A DNA stretch of 63,974 bases, filler included, from Ministeria vibrans ATCC 50519 (Eukaryota > Protista > Filasterea): assembly GCA_943704425.1 (NCBI GenBank). It is 7 parts of 7 records of this genome, joined end to end, with 100 filler letters (N's around TTAATTAATTAA, not from the genome) between each part and the next. Parts side by side here need not be neighbours in the genome. Positions count along the whole stretch, not along the records: positions 1 to 30,229 come from CALSCP010000833.1; 6 more parts are not named here. One strand, given 5' to 3'. Below the pieces are notes generated by a model that was not told the DNA's origin, did not search any database, and saw nothing but the letters and a program-made list of their open reading frames with translations. Below, piece after piece: positions 10,201 to 23,092 of the stretch (position 1 is the first letter of the stretch; each line of letters starts with the position of its first letter). The translations under genes and the position numbers were made by a program.

Positions 10201-13200
10201 AGATCAACTGAGAGAAACGCAAAAATTAATCTACCTTTTTTTCTCATTTCTTTATAATTATAATTATATATCTCACAGGACATTACTCAGAAGAAGGAGG
10301 AACAACCTGCAGCTCGTGTGAGGCGGGATACTATTGCGAAGGCAACGGAAAGGTTCCCACGCTCTCTCTTGCACCCTTTTGAATACTGACCAAGCGTGGC
10401 TCAAATCCTACAGCCCAGGGAGTCGTGTAAGGCAGGCAAATACCAGGACGAGGAGACGGAGTCGTCATGCAAGAAGTGCGATTCCGGTGAATTCTCCTCC
10501 TTTTCTGGGGCCAAAAAATGTGCCATATGCAAGCCTGGAACGTACACTGGCGCTAACGATGACGGCTTTACCGAATGCCAAACTTGTAGTGCCGGTTATT
10601 TCTCAGGCATTTATTCAGCATCAAGTTGTGAAACATGCCCAGCTGGTCAGATAACAAACCCTCAAAACTCACCGCGCTCACAGCACCCTCTTTAAAAGGC
10701 AAATTCTCACCTCCGGGAGTCCACAAATGCTTTCATTGCCCAGTTGGGCACTATTGTGAAGGCGGAACGGTAAATGGAAAACCGAGAGAGACGAGAGAGC
10801 CTGCGTTCAACATCCAATATAAAATTATAATTATAACACGTGTCCCCACTGCTGATTGTGTGTAGGCCAGTCAACCGTGTGCCCCTGGCAAATTCCAAGA
10901 TCAGCCAAAAAAATCATCGTGCAACGTGTGCGAAGCGGGCACCTACTCTAAGGAACTAAAGAGCACCAAGTGTACCCTTTGTCCCACATGTACGACGCAC
11001 TATTTTGATTCTTTCTGCCATTTCACAATGCTGACAATAATGATAATAATTGTTCTTGAATTTCTTTTATAGTCGAGTATCAGCCTTTTCAGGGATCGAC
11101 AGTGAGCAGGAAATGAAAGTGTATATCTGGAGGGAAACTAACACACCTCTTTCGTTATTATTATAATTGTAAAAAGGATTGTCTCAAGTGTCACCGGACA
11201 CTCACGTCGGTTCCAGCCCAAGACCGCCGAACATGCATATGCACGGACGGCACTGCTAGCTCTACGGGCTGCCACCCTTTGAACGTCACTTTTGAGTGTA
11301 CCACCGCCGTCAACAATGACGCCAACCGTGTGAGAGGCGTCATCGCTCATCTCGAAGCGTCCGAGAGCGGCAAATGGAAGGTGACACCAAAGGTTCCGGG
11401 CATTCATCAAGAGGGCACTTCCGACAGTGATGGAGACACCTTGAACATTGGTGGCGCTGCAGCGCTCACTCGCGGTATCATTTCGGGTGCTGTCTACCCC
11501 GGTGAACAATTTGGCGTCCGCTTTAAATCTTCCACCTACGTAAGCACACAAAAAATTTCAAAGACTATAACATAACTTTGTTCTTTTCCTTTTTGCAGAT
11601 TTTGTTGACCATGCCGTGCGGTTGCAACACCGAGTCGCGTGTGTGCGACAGCGCCTACCCCGGCTTTCAAAAGCACTTGACTCCCGACGAGAGTACGCTT
11701 TTCTCTCTCTGACCTCTCCGATGATATCTAAATAATAATTTATTGTGTGTTCTTATTATTTTTCAGTTGAAGATGGCCCCCTAAACTTTGTGGTCCGCCA
11801 GAAAGGCGGAAAAATCTTCTTCTCATGGAGCGTCAATTCAAAATGTGCAATCAACTACGAGATCACACGTCAAGAGTCCCAAACGGGACCTAAACTGTTT
11901 TTCTCGAATGTACTCGAGGTGCCTCAAAGCTCATGCGAAGCTCCAATTGAACCGGCGGATGTCTACGACGACTTGGTTGCCAGTCAGCTCGAGCTGGGCA
12001 CGTCCTACAACTATTGCGTTCGGGGTGGCAACTTACCCAAGGACTATCGCTCCAAGGAGAGGTACACTCTTTTGACAGCCTCACTCTTAATAATATTAAT
12101 AATAATTATTATTATTAATGTTATTGATTATAATATGATTGACTTCACCTTAGCTGTCAGAAGTGGAAGGTTCACTTTGACTCCAAGATTGCCATTTCCG
12201 TGGTGACATTGCGGGGCGAGCGACCCGTCGAAAACGTTACGGTCGCATGGGAGATCAAGACTGCGATTTGCAGTGGGACGACAGCCAAGGGACAAGCGAA
12301 CGAGCTTACGGATGAGGTGGGCCGTACCTTCTTCCATGTCAACGAGCCTTGCCTCCTCAGCTTTAAGTACGTCGTGTCAATTACTGTCAGCAAGAACACG
12401 CACGGCATCGACCACATCTTCAAGTGCAAGGATGGACGGTTCTGTAACACTCGTCTGATTGAGATGGAGCACCTCAACTTTGGCCACACTCTCACATTCT
12501 ACGATTCAACAACTGCGCTTGTGCAAGGCAAGGTGCAGATTCCTCTGAGCGTTGGTACCTCCGAAGCAGATATTGTTCCCGAGACGCGTCGTGACGCGAC
12601 GGACAAGGTGTACGATGCGGATGCGCCCTGGCCGTCAACGCTGGGCGAGACGGCTGCACACGTGTTCCACGCGATGCCGCACGTCGAGACGTTTGTGCAG
12701 AACCGCGACGCGAGAGCTCAGTCGCTGGCGAAGCGTGAGGCTAAGGTGGTGGTGGAGGAAAAGGAGGAGGCACGCCGCAGCAAGGTGGCGGTTCCGGCGC
12801 ATGCGGACACGGCGTTTGTCGGTGACCTCTTTGTGACGAGTGACGCGGTAAATCAGGCTGCGTGTGAGCTGGAGTGTGACACGATTGTCAACTGCTACGG
12901 ATGGACGTACCTGGTCACAGCCGTGGTTGCTGGCTACCGCTGTCGTCTGCAGGTAGGCGACGAGTACAAGTCGGTGTTTTCGGAGGGATCGCACTCAGGC
13001 TGCTCGACTGCTCGCTCGCCAACAGCGTGTGCACAAAAGGGATGCCTTCCTGGCTGGACTGGTATGCAGTGTACGACGCGCATGATGCATGCCAACACGT
13101 CGTACTCGGGGAGCACCACGACGACTGTGGTGGCTGCGAATGCCGAGGCGTGTGCCACGCACTGTGACAGCACGACGGGATGCACTGCTTGGAGCTACCC

Positions 13201-16200
13201 TGTCAAAGAAGCGTGTCTGGTGCAGAGCGACGATGTGTGGACACACTCGGGCGGAATCATCTACAAGGAATGTGTGCAGAGTGGCTGTTCGCGCACATTT
13301 GCCAAGGACAAGAGCCACGCAGCGTTTTGTGGTCTGAAGGCGGCGTGCCCGCCGGGCTTCACGAACTCTCCGAGCTGCACAACACCACACACGTTGCTGA
13401 AGACGTCGTACACGCCGGGCACGGATGCGGATCTGCGTGCGCCGGCCGCGTCCGCCGCGGCATGCTCCGCCCTGTGCGTGAAGGCGGGAAGTGAGTGCAC
13501 GGCGTGGTCGTACTGCCCGTCGTGCTTTCCCAAGGCCTACCCGTGCGCGTTGTTTTCGACGACATCGTGGCAGGGAAGCGCGGAGCGCACGTCGGATGCC
13601 GAGTCGGGCTGTTCGGCGGCGTCATGGGAGAGCAATCCCGTCCAATGTCAACAGTGTGCGCCTGGCTATGGGGGCGACCGCTGCAATGTCAAGGTGTACC
13701 ACGAGAATGCGGAGCCGAGCCGCTTGACTTCTGCGCTACTGTCGTCGACGGCAACGACGCACTCGGTGTCATGGAAGACGTGCGAGGCCAAGTGCAACTC
13801 GCTGGGACGCTCGTGTGTGGCGTGGTCGTACCGTGCGAGCACCTGTTACACGATTGCAACAGTGACGGCGGCCGCAACGACGGTGCCTTTTTGGCAGCGC
13901 AACGGCGTGATCTCAGGTTGCAGCGCGTTTGGCTATCAGCTCTATGGCGAGGCGATGTGCGTGAAGGAGCCGTCAAAGATCACGACGCACGCCGACTCAG
14001 TTGCACTGGAGGCGTCGACTCTCGTCACGGGCATGGCCAACTCGCAGCAGTGTGGAGAGAAGTGTGACTTTGACGAGCTATGCAAGGCATGGACGTTTGA
14101 CGTGAAGCAGTCCAAGTGCTACCTTCAACAAAAGGACACGGCACCGGCATTCCAGCGACTGACAACGCTCACGTCGTATGCGGGCTCGCGCTTGGGAACA
14201 ACCGAGCACACCACGAAAGTGTCACACAGCGTGTCGTCGGTGTCAGCGAACTCTGCGTTTGGCAGCGTTCTCAGCCTGAACGGCGAGGTGCACCACATCA
14301 ACAGCAATTCCTACTACAAAAGATCTCTCAACGGCGAGGCAACGGCGGTGTTTTCGGATCCTCGCTACGACTACAGCGTTGCAGTGTTTGAGGATGGAGG
14401 ATTCCAGTCGTGGGGCTCGCTCACGTCAAACGTGCCGGGATCGAACGCGACACACATTTTGGGAGTGTTTCTCGGCAAGGAGTACTACGTTGTGCTCATC
14501 GACACAACTGGCGTGAACCAAGTGCTCGTCATCAAGAAGGCAGGCCACTCGTTTACGCAGCATTTGACACCCTTCTCTGATGTGGTGCATGTGACGACAA
14601 CGGACGAGTCGTTTGCGGCCCTAACGTCGTCTGGAGGGTCGTACATCTGGAACATGGATGGGACGAACGAGTGTTCGAGTTTACCCTGCCAGAACGGCGG
14701 CTCGTGTGCCGTCTCGGCGACGCCCAACACGTTTGAGTGTTCGTGTCCGACGGGTTTCACTGGGAACTTGTGTGAGGACGACATTGACGAGTGCCTCAGG
14801 GCACCTTGTGTGAATGGTGGAGCGTGCACAAACAGCCACGGCGCGTACGAATGCGAGTGTATCGCAGGCTACAAGGGGGTCCACTGCGAAATTGACATCA
14901 ACGAGTGTGCGTCGAATCCGTGCTGGAACGACGGTACGTGTAGCGACCACGTGAACCAGTTTACATGCAAGTGTGCCCCGGGCTGGATGGGCGATCGGTG
15001 TGGCGCCGATGTGAATGAGTGCGCGCCGAAACCCTGCCAGAACGGCGCGACGTGCGTCAATGGTCGTGACAAGTTTACGTGCCACTGCATGCCTGGATAC
15101 ACAGGCGTGACGTGTGCATCAGAGTTGCGTGAATGTTCATCGAATCCGTGCAAGAATGGGGCGACGTGCAACGACCTGGTGAACAAATACTCGTGCCACT
15201 GCGCTCACGGGTTCTCGGGCACGCACTGTGAAGAGTACATTGAGTGCGTGTCATCACCGTGCCAGAACGGTGGCACGTGTGCCGACTTGGTGGGCAGCTT
15301 TGTGTGCACGTGTCGTCCAGGGTTCGCTGGCGCAATGTGCCAGACAAACATCAACGAGTGTGCAAGCGACCCTTGTCAGGCGGGTGGAACATGCGTGGAC
15401 CGCGAAAACGGCTACGTGTGCAACTGCCTGGCGGGCTACGCGGACAGTCGGTGCCAGACGAACATCAACGAATGTGTGTCGTTCCCATGCTACAATGGTG
15501 GGACATGCGAGGACGGAATCAACAAGTTTACATGCCGCTGTGTGGCTGGATACGCGGGCTCGCGATGCCAGACGAACATCAATGAGTGCTCGCCCAACCC
15601 GTGTGCTTCAACGGGCACCTGTGTTGACCAACTCAATGGCTACTACTGCTCGTGCAAGACGGGATACAACGGGCCGACGTGCGCAGCAAACATCAACGAC
15701 TGTGCCACCAACCCGTGTCACAATGGTGGAACATGTAATGATGGTATTGCGTCGTTCACATGCACCTGCCTTCCCAACTACGTGGGATCGACGTGCGCAT
15801 CATTCACTGGAGCATCTCGCCGTCGTCGCTCGGTCTCAGCCTCGCTTCGACGACGCCGTCGCAATATGCTTTGGGGACGCCGTGATGCGGAGCGAGTCGT
15901 GACCAATTTGGCCATCCCCTCTCAGGGTGAGTACTCACGAGATGTTGGAGTTGCGGCTGCCCACAGCCGCAACCGACGCGGAATTCTGTTCCCTCGCGAA
16001 GACGACATTCCTCGCTCCGGGTACCGCAAGATTGTTGCCACTTCGGGTGCCTTCTGTGCTCTGCACCTCTCAGGACGGGTTGTGGCGTATGGTGCTTCCA
16101 GCGTGGGTGGCGAGATTCCGTCTGGACTCAAGGGATTCTTGAGCGAGCGGATTGTTGATGTGGTGGCGACGCGGAGTGCGTTTGCCGCACTGCGCGACGA

Positions 16201-19200
16201 TGGACGTGTGTTTGTGTGGGGTGACGCGACAAAGGGTGGCGAGGTGCCGGCGACGAAGAAGAGCTCACTGTTGGTGGGTATTGTCTCGCTCCACGCGTCC
16301 AAGAGCGCGTTTGCAGCCCTGAATGAGAACGGGGGTGTTGTGGCGTGGGGCGATCCTGATGTGGGAGGTGACATGGCGACGCTAGAGTTGAAGCTGACGA
16401 AGGGAGTGGAACTGATTCATGCGCACCCACTTGGGTTTGCGGCAGTATGTGAGGACAGCATTACACGCGTGTGGGGTTCAAACGGGTTGACAGCGATTGC
16501 ATCTGGTGAGCTCACAAAGTTTGTGGCGACCAGCACCGCGTTTTACGGAGCCATGTCGGACGGAGCGTTGTGGAGCAGTGACTCGTCCGTTGTAGCACAG
16601 TCGGGAGTTGTGGACATTGTGGCGTTTGCAAGCGGTGTGGTGACGATGACGAAGACGAAGGCGTGCTACTACCCAGCGGGTGCAGGTGTGTACGAGGCAG
16701 GCGAGTGCTTGACATCGCCTCACGTGTCGGCGTGCAGCCAGCGTGTTAGTGGACTGGGATGCACGCAGAAACCGTGTGGATTTGGCACGGGAGGAGTCAG
16801 CTGTGAACTCTCCCTGTTACGACCAGGTTACGCCTGGAACCTTGACAGTGCTGTTGAAGTAAAGGGTGTAGACTCGGCCGAGTCGTGCTCGAGTCGGTGT
16901 GACAAGAGCAGCACGTGCATGGGTTGGACCTTTCTCCAGGACCTGGGAAGTGGACTGGAGGAGAGTTGTCTGCATTACGCGACAGCGGACGCCGACAAGT
17001 GGACAGCGGCGGGCAAGAATGCTGCAGTGAAGTTGATCTTACATGAAGGTGTTCATTCGGCGTGCAGTCGACGTTGGCTGCAAGAGCAGTATCTATCATT
17101 GTCCTTTGAGGCGTACACGGTGCGCAAGACGTGGTGCGAGCAGGGACGGACGGACCAAGTTGTGCATAAGATTGCGCGAGGCACGATCAAGGCGCCCGGC
17201 AAGATGTTCTATGATGCATTGACGCTGACTGCTGATGTTTGTGAACTCCTGTGCGAGATTATGGATGTGTGTTCGGCATGGACACATCGGTCGACGATTT
17301 GTTCGCTGTTTGCAGACACGTCGTTTGGATCGGGCTCGAGTGACAAGGTGATGTTTGATGATGGGATTGGTGGACATGCCATGTCAGGCATTGTGGCGAG
17401 CGTCAGTGCGCCAGCAAGTGCAGGCTCGGGTGTCAAGGCGGAATGTCCGCCGGGTCGCACGGGGGTGATGTGTTCTCAGTCGTATGTTCATCGCAACACG
17501 GTGTATCAGTACAATGAGGCGGGTGTGCTGGAGAACTACGGTGGCATGTCGATGATGGGATGTGCGGACAAGTGTGATACGACCACTGACTGCAGCTGGT
17601 GGACGTATATGCCAAGTGCGACCACGTGCAACCTGTGGCAAACCGTTGACTCGGCAGTGTTCAAGGTGGAATACAACGAGGAGTACATCTCGTCGTGCAG
17701 CCGTGAGTACGTGCACGGAACGGACAAGACGCTGCGGCAGTGCTGGCGCGAACCACCAACGTTCCTGGAGACTCCCGAGTCGCCGAGCCGTTGTGCCGTC
17801 TCTAATGCAGAGGTGTGTGCCTACGACTGGTATACGGGTGCCAAGGTTCAATGCGAGACGACAGGGCCGGACGGAAGTTACAACATGCAGGTCCCGATTG
17901 GTCTCACAGTTCAATTTTCCGCAACGTATGGTCTACACGACCTCATGTTCAACCCTACTGAAGTGTCGCCGAAGGACGTGGTTGACCACGGAAACTCACC
18001 CTTGTGCAAAAACAAACCGACGACCAAGTCACCTTTTGTGGTGATGCCTGACGGGGACCTTCAGGGTGTGAATTTTGTTGACAAGACGACTGCAGAGCTT
18101 ACCATTACGGTGGCGGGTGGACCTCCGCAGTGCAACATTCTGCTGGGTGCATCTGAGATCCTTCTGGAGAGTCCTCTCATATGTGACAACGGCAACACCT
18201 TGACCGTGGTACAGGATACGGTGGTGCACACACATGTGCTGCCTGCGACACTGTTTCATGTCACCTTGAGCAAGGTGTACGAAAGACCCGAAGTGGCGCC
18301 CTATCTGGAGCGCATCCAGACGCGCAAGTACTTTAGCATGGATTTACGTCACGATGATGAATCGAAAGAGGAAAATGTCGACCCAGGAAATATGGCAAAC
18401 GACAAACTACGCAAGCTCACGTCGCATCAACAGAAGCAGTGTGACAACGACGTACCGGCCGACAACTTGAGTCTGGAATCCAAGGCGGATAAGGCGCAAA
18501 TAAAAGAGGCCTTGGGGGAGGCTCAGAAGGCAAATCACGAGCGAATGATTCGCTATGAGTTCCACACGAGACCCCAGCTGACGGTAACCCTTGAAAATCA
18601 GTTGAGTGGCGATAAAAAGATAAAAGACAAGACGGCAAAAGACGTATGCGCTGCCAAGGGTCGCACGTTCCCAACGATTCTTGGCACCGGCGTGAATAAG
18701 AGCCCAAACACGGCCACTTTTTCGATCCATGCCACCGAGGTGTATGGCGACAAGGAGGAAGAAAAGTGCCCCTTCGTGGAGGGTGCCGTTCACATTGTGA
18801 ACACTGTTGCGACGACCACGTCGGTGACGGCCAAGAAACACGATAAGTCCGGCACGGGAGTGCCCGTCAGTGACGATGACAAACCCGACCCAGCCAAGGG
18901 TTCTGTTCCGGTGCATTTGTGTGGTCGCTACCCGGGCTGTGTGGCTTGGCTTTCCATCGCTAAGAGAGTCGGGAACGAAAAATTACCCTCTGACGAAATG
19001 CCTCCTATGATTGAGGTCGGGGGTATCACTGCGAGTCCGGAACGAAATGCAGCGGTCATGTCAGCTGAGACGCCACACACGCGCCCTTTCTATGCGACGC
19101 TGAATGTACCAGGCTGGGAGACGCTGGACGGCGTGAATCACGTCGAGTTGGACGTCGCCATTGTTGGGCAGGTCGAACTGAGCGCCTTTTTCTCGCTACA

Positions 19201-22200
19201 ACTCCCGGAGTATTTGCCTTTGATGATTGTACGTGATCCGCCTGGAGGAGGTAGCTCAGCGAGTGTGAGCGCCGGCAAGACAGTTGCGTGGTCGTGGACT
19301 AACTCACTCAGTTTTGGTGCCGGTTTGGGCGTCCAGGCGCAGCTTGCAGCCGCTACCAAGAACGACTTGACGTTCTGTACGGGAGTTGGAGGGATGGTGT
19401 GCAAGAATGGATTCAGCGCGAAGACTCTTGCGTCGCTGGGTCGCCGCGATCTGGAGAGTCTTGGAATGAAGCTGGCAATGGTTTCGATGCAGGAAGCGTC
19501 GGACGCGCAGGCAGACGCCGATGGAAAGCCTAACGCCCTCCAAGGCGGTTCCCTCGGGTTTGCGATTGATTCAACAGCAGGTGTGCCTTCGACAAATTGG
19601 GAGAAATCACGCGAGATCTCCATGTCGTACTCGGTGTTGACAAGTGGCAACCCAGGGACAGCGGGTCGCTCGTCAGACATGTACCTGGTGCCGTCCCTCT
19701 CGGTGAAACTCACGCGCTCACTCAACATCAAGTTCAACCGTGACGAATGTTCAATGGAGGCTGAGCCAGTGGTGATTGTTTCTCCCGACGGTGACCAGGT
19801 GATGGCGTGGAAGAGCGAGGATGATCTGCGCTATCGTCAGGTGCCGGATTTGCTAAGTCAGCTGAAGTACGAGATCGAGAACACGGGCACAAGTGAGACG
19901 ATCAAGCGTCTTGTGAATGCCATCAACGGCTGGATCAATATGCTTGCGTACAATGGAGCGGTACATCACATTGTGGGTCAAAAGGGTGGAAGGTGGACGG
20001 ACTTTGAGGACGAGCTGAAGATGGATGCTGCGTCGTTTGTCCCATCAACGGCTGAGAACGCTGTTGCTATCCACGAGCTGTTCGATGACATCAATTCGAT
20101 CATCTCGTACAAAGAAGCGGCGGGGGCCTATGTAAAGATGATGAAGAAGTGGAAAGACAAGAACGAACGTCTGTACGGCTCATCGAAGTATGCATTGCCA
20201 CCCATCAATTCACTCAAGTTGCAAAGTGGCGTGAAACAGTTCAAAGGTGAAATAGCCGAGCCGTACGAGAAGAACGGGGCGTTGGTGCCGGACAAGTGGG
20301 CAGACCGTGCTGGCGACGAGCCGCAGAAGTGGACGGACGAGGCGACTATCGAGTGGCGTCGAAGGGCACGCCTTGCGGATGCGAAAGCGGCCGATATGAA
20401 CACATTCAATGGCATTAGCTTCTCCGGTGGCGGCGCGTCCATGTCATACGGCGTTGGAGGCGGAAAATCAGAGAGTAGTCACGCTTCATTTGGGTTTGAT
20501 CATACATTGACCCTGCCCTCGCTCAAATTTGGGTTCAAGTTCAATTTGGGCGTCGGTCTAGAGCTTGGGCTGGAGATTCCCTCTTCGATCAAGCTTGCAT
20601 GGAGCTTTTCACAGGATGCGTCGACCAGCAGCTCGGAGGAGGTGTCGTTTACCCTTGGTGATCCCGATGTCGGTGATCAGTTTGACGTGTTGGTAAGCTC
20701 GAGACTCATAAAATGGAGAGGAAAAAATTGAAAATTTATGTGTTTGTTCTTGTAGATATTCTATGATCCACTCTTCTCCACGCCAGTGTTCCACACACTC
20801 AGCGGACGTTCAATGTGCATTCACGAAGAGAACACAGTGCGTCGAGAGAGTGTGCGTATGATTCTGGCCAAGTGGCCCACTGGTCCTGTTCTGCCCGATG
20901 AGCCGGCGGTGTTTGAGTTGCTCTTGACCAATGACTCACCGACGGGCGACGTCTCCGATTTCCTCCTGAAAATGCCTCCGAGCTATAATCGACTGGACTT
21001 GGTGCCTATTATCGACGGTGACACCCTCAAGGCGCCCTTGAGTTTCAAGAACTTCGCCGTGGGCAGCACCCGCATGACTCTTGAGATATGGCGTGCGGCC
21101 GGGACGTACAAGTATCCGCCTTTCCGCCTGAAATGGGTATCCGACTGCGAAAGTGGGTTCGCGGCAAACCGTGTCCTTCAACACGGCTACGACACAACTG
21201 GCACGTACCTTGACATTCCCGTGAACTTCCTTGAGCCATGTCCGCCCGTCGAGTTTGCGGGTGATCTCTTCACGTACGGTTCGTTTACGATCAACGACGA
21301 GACGCGCTCCAAGGGTGACTTTGCTGGCAAACACAAGGACCAATTACGAGTGGTGGCGGTGAATAAACGAGTTGTGGAGCAGCCTTGGACGACGGGCGAG
21401 ACGGAACGTCTGGTGAGTGTGGACTTTGAGTACCGAAAGGCGGGCACGACGGCGTGGAACCTCGCCAGTATGGTGATGGTGGAGGAGGCGGAAGAGTTCC
21501 CTGCCGAGGGTGGTCTTGCCTCTTTGGCGTCGGTTTTTGGCTATGCGACTGCCTACTGGGACGTGTCGACGCTGCCTGACGGAAACTACGAGGTGCGTCT
21601 ACACAGCGTCTGCAAGGCGGCGAGTATGACGGACCCACCCGAGACGATCAACGAGCAGTTCTCCAAGGTGGTGTCGGGTGTCGTGGATCGTCAAGCGCCG
21701 CGTGTGTTTGGCCACTTTGCACAGCCTGCATCGGGTGTGTACTCGCCCGGTTCGGCGGTGAGCATCACCTTTGACGAGGAGCTGGACTGCCGAGAACCTT
21801 ACGGGTTTAAAGTGAAGGCTACGGCGACAATCAACAACTCAGAGTTTACGTGGACGTCCTCCAATCAATTGCTTGAAGTGTGCTCGGGACGCACCATCTC
21901 GGTGGAGTTCGCACTGTCTGTGCCATGGGACAATATTGAAGGAGCGACGGTGGAAATGACGGTCTCGGATGTCGAGGATAAGGCAGGCAATGTGATTGAG
22001 AAGGGTCGACGGTGGGAGTTTGTGATGACGGGAGTGACACTGGCCGGTGTGAAGGCAACGGTGACGGAGGTTGGTGTGCAGCGTCGATTGGTGCGTGCGG
22101 TAGGCGAGACACAGGAGCATGCGGAGCAGCGATGTGCGTCTGCAATTACAAGCGAGCTGACTGAGTTGCTGAAGATTGATGTGGGACGTGTGCATGTGAG

Positions 22201-22687
22201 TGTGGTTGGCGTCAACGCCGAGACGGGCTACCCGTCCATTTCGGTGTCGATCGATGCGGCTACAAATGCGCATGAGGTGAGCACTGCTGCACTGCTGACG
22301 CGTCTGTACAACGGCGCGTTTGCTGCGAATAATGACACCGACTCGGCTGTGTCGCAGATGGAGTGGCTGTCGCAAGTGAACACGGCTGTACCTGTGCGCC
22401 TTCAGATGTCACATGTAACCGCAGGAGCTGGTGCAGTAGCGGGTGGTAGTGCTTCGTCGCTGGGTGATCACACTCTGCTCATTATTGGTTTTATGATTGC
22501 CGCTGTGTGTCTGGTCATCCTTGTGGTGCGTCGTCAGGGAGGCAAGCAGCGCGAGGTTAACTATATGCTAATTCAAGAGACGCACTCGCTCAAGGAAGAC
22601 AACCGCACACTTATGCAGCAGAATGAGCGTATGATAGCCATGTTGGCGGGTGATCAGACAAACAAAACGCAGCACCTTCAGGTTTAA
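7269..22687 (+). CDS. Giant type I membrane protein: signal peptide, EGF, GCC2/GCC3 Cys-rich repeats, FN3, 8 PAN/Apple-like units, split RCC1-like repeats, 10 EGF-Ca repeats, RDPPG-motif region, Ig-like domain, TM, short tail
   Basis: Signal MIQLILLLIAASASTA, then many short exons (7269-12061) splicing in frame with CPxGKYQD..C repeats. One 8.5-kb exon (12154-20692), an intron (20693-20755) and a last exon (20756-22687) with TM LLIIGFMIAAVCLVILVV. Confidence 0.88.
9036..9620 (+). repeat. Recent tandem duplication of an exon-intron-exon unit (GCC2/GCC3 repeat)
   Basis: 9036-9300 and 9385-9620 are nearly identical, including intron sequence (gtattgttcgtgtgtgcagt vs gtactgttcgtgtgtgcagt; gctctgaaacgaatgc in both). 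Confidence 0.9.
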
Positions 22688-22817
<130 letters not shown>

Positions 22818-23092
22818 AGGGAACGCACCTTGCTGCGCTCGTGTCGGCGCCAAGGTCAATGACCGTGTCAGCCATGGTTCAAAAGAGTGACAAAAGCAGT
22901 TAACAAAGGGAACTGTGACTCGACTCACTCGTATTTAAGTGTGAAAAAGAATGATAATTAATTAATAATAATAATTATTATTATTATTATTATTGATAAT
23001 AATAATTATTTAATACATTGTACATCAAGCGCTCAAGGGCGCGTTTGGGAATTAAGATGTAGGGCAGTGCAATTGTGAGTGAGTTTGGCCTT

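Noticed and set aside
14665-15800. Notch/Crumbs/fibropellin orthology for the EGF array
   Set aside because: There are no LNR, ankyrin, laminin-G or CUB domains. It is a generic EGF-Ca array within a different architecture.
12273-22375. Numerous antisense and alternate-frame ORFs over the giant exons
   Set aside because: Expected shadows of GC-rich coding sequence, with no independent motifs.
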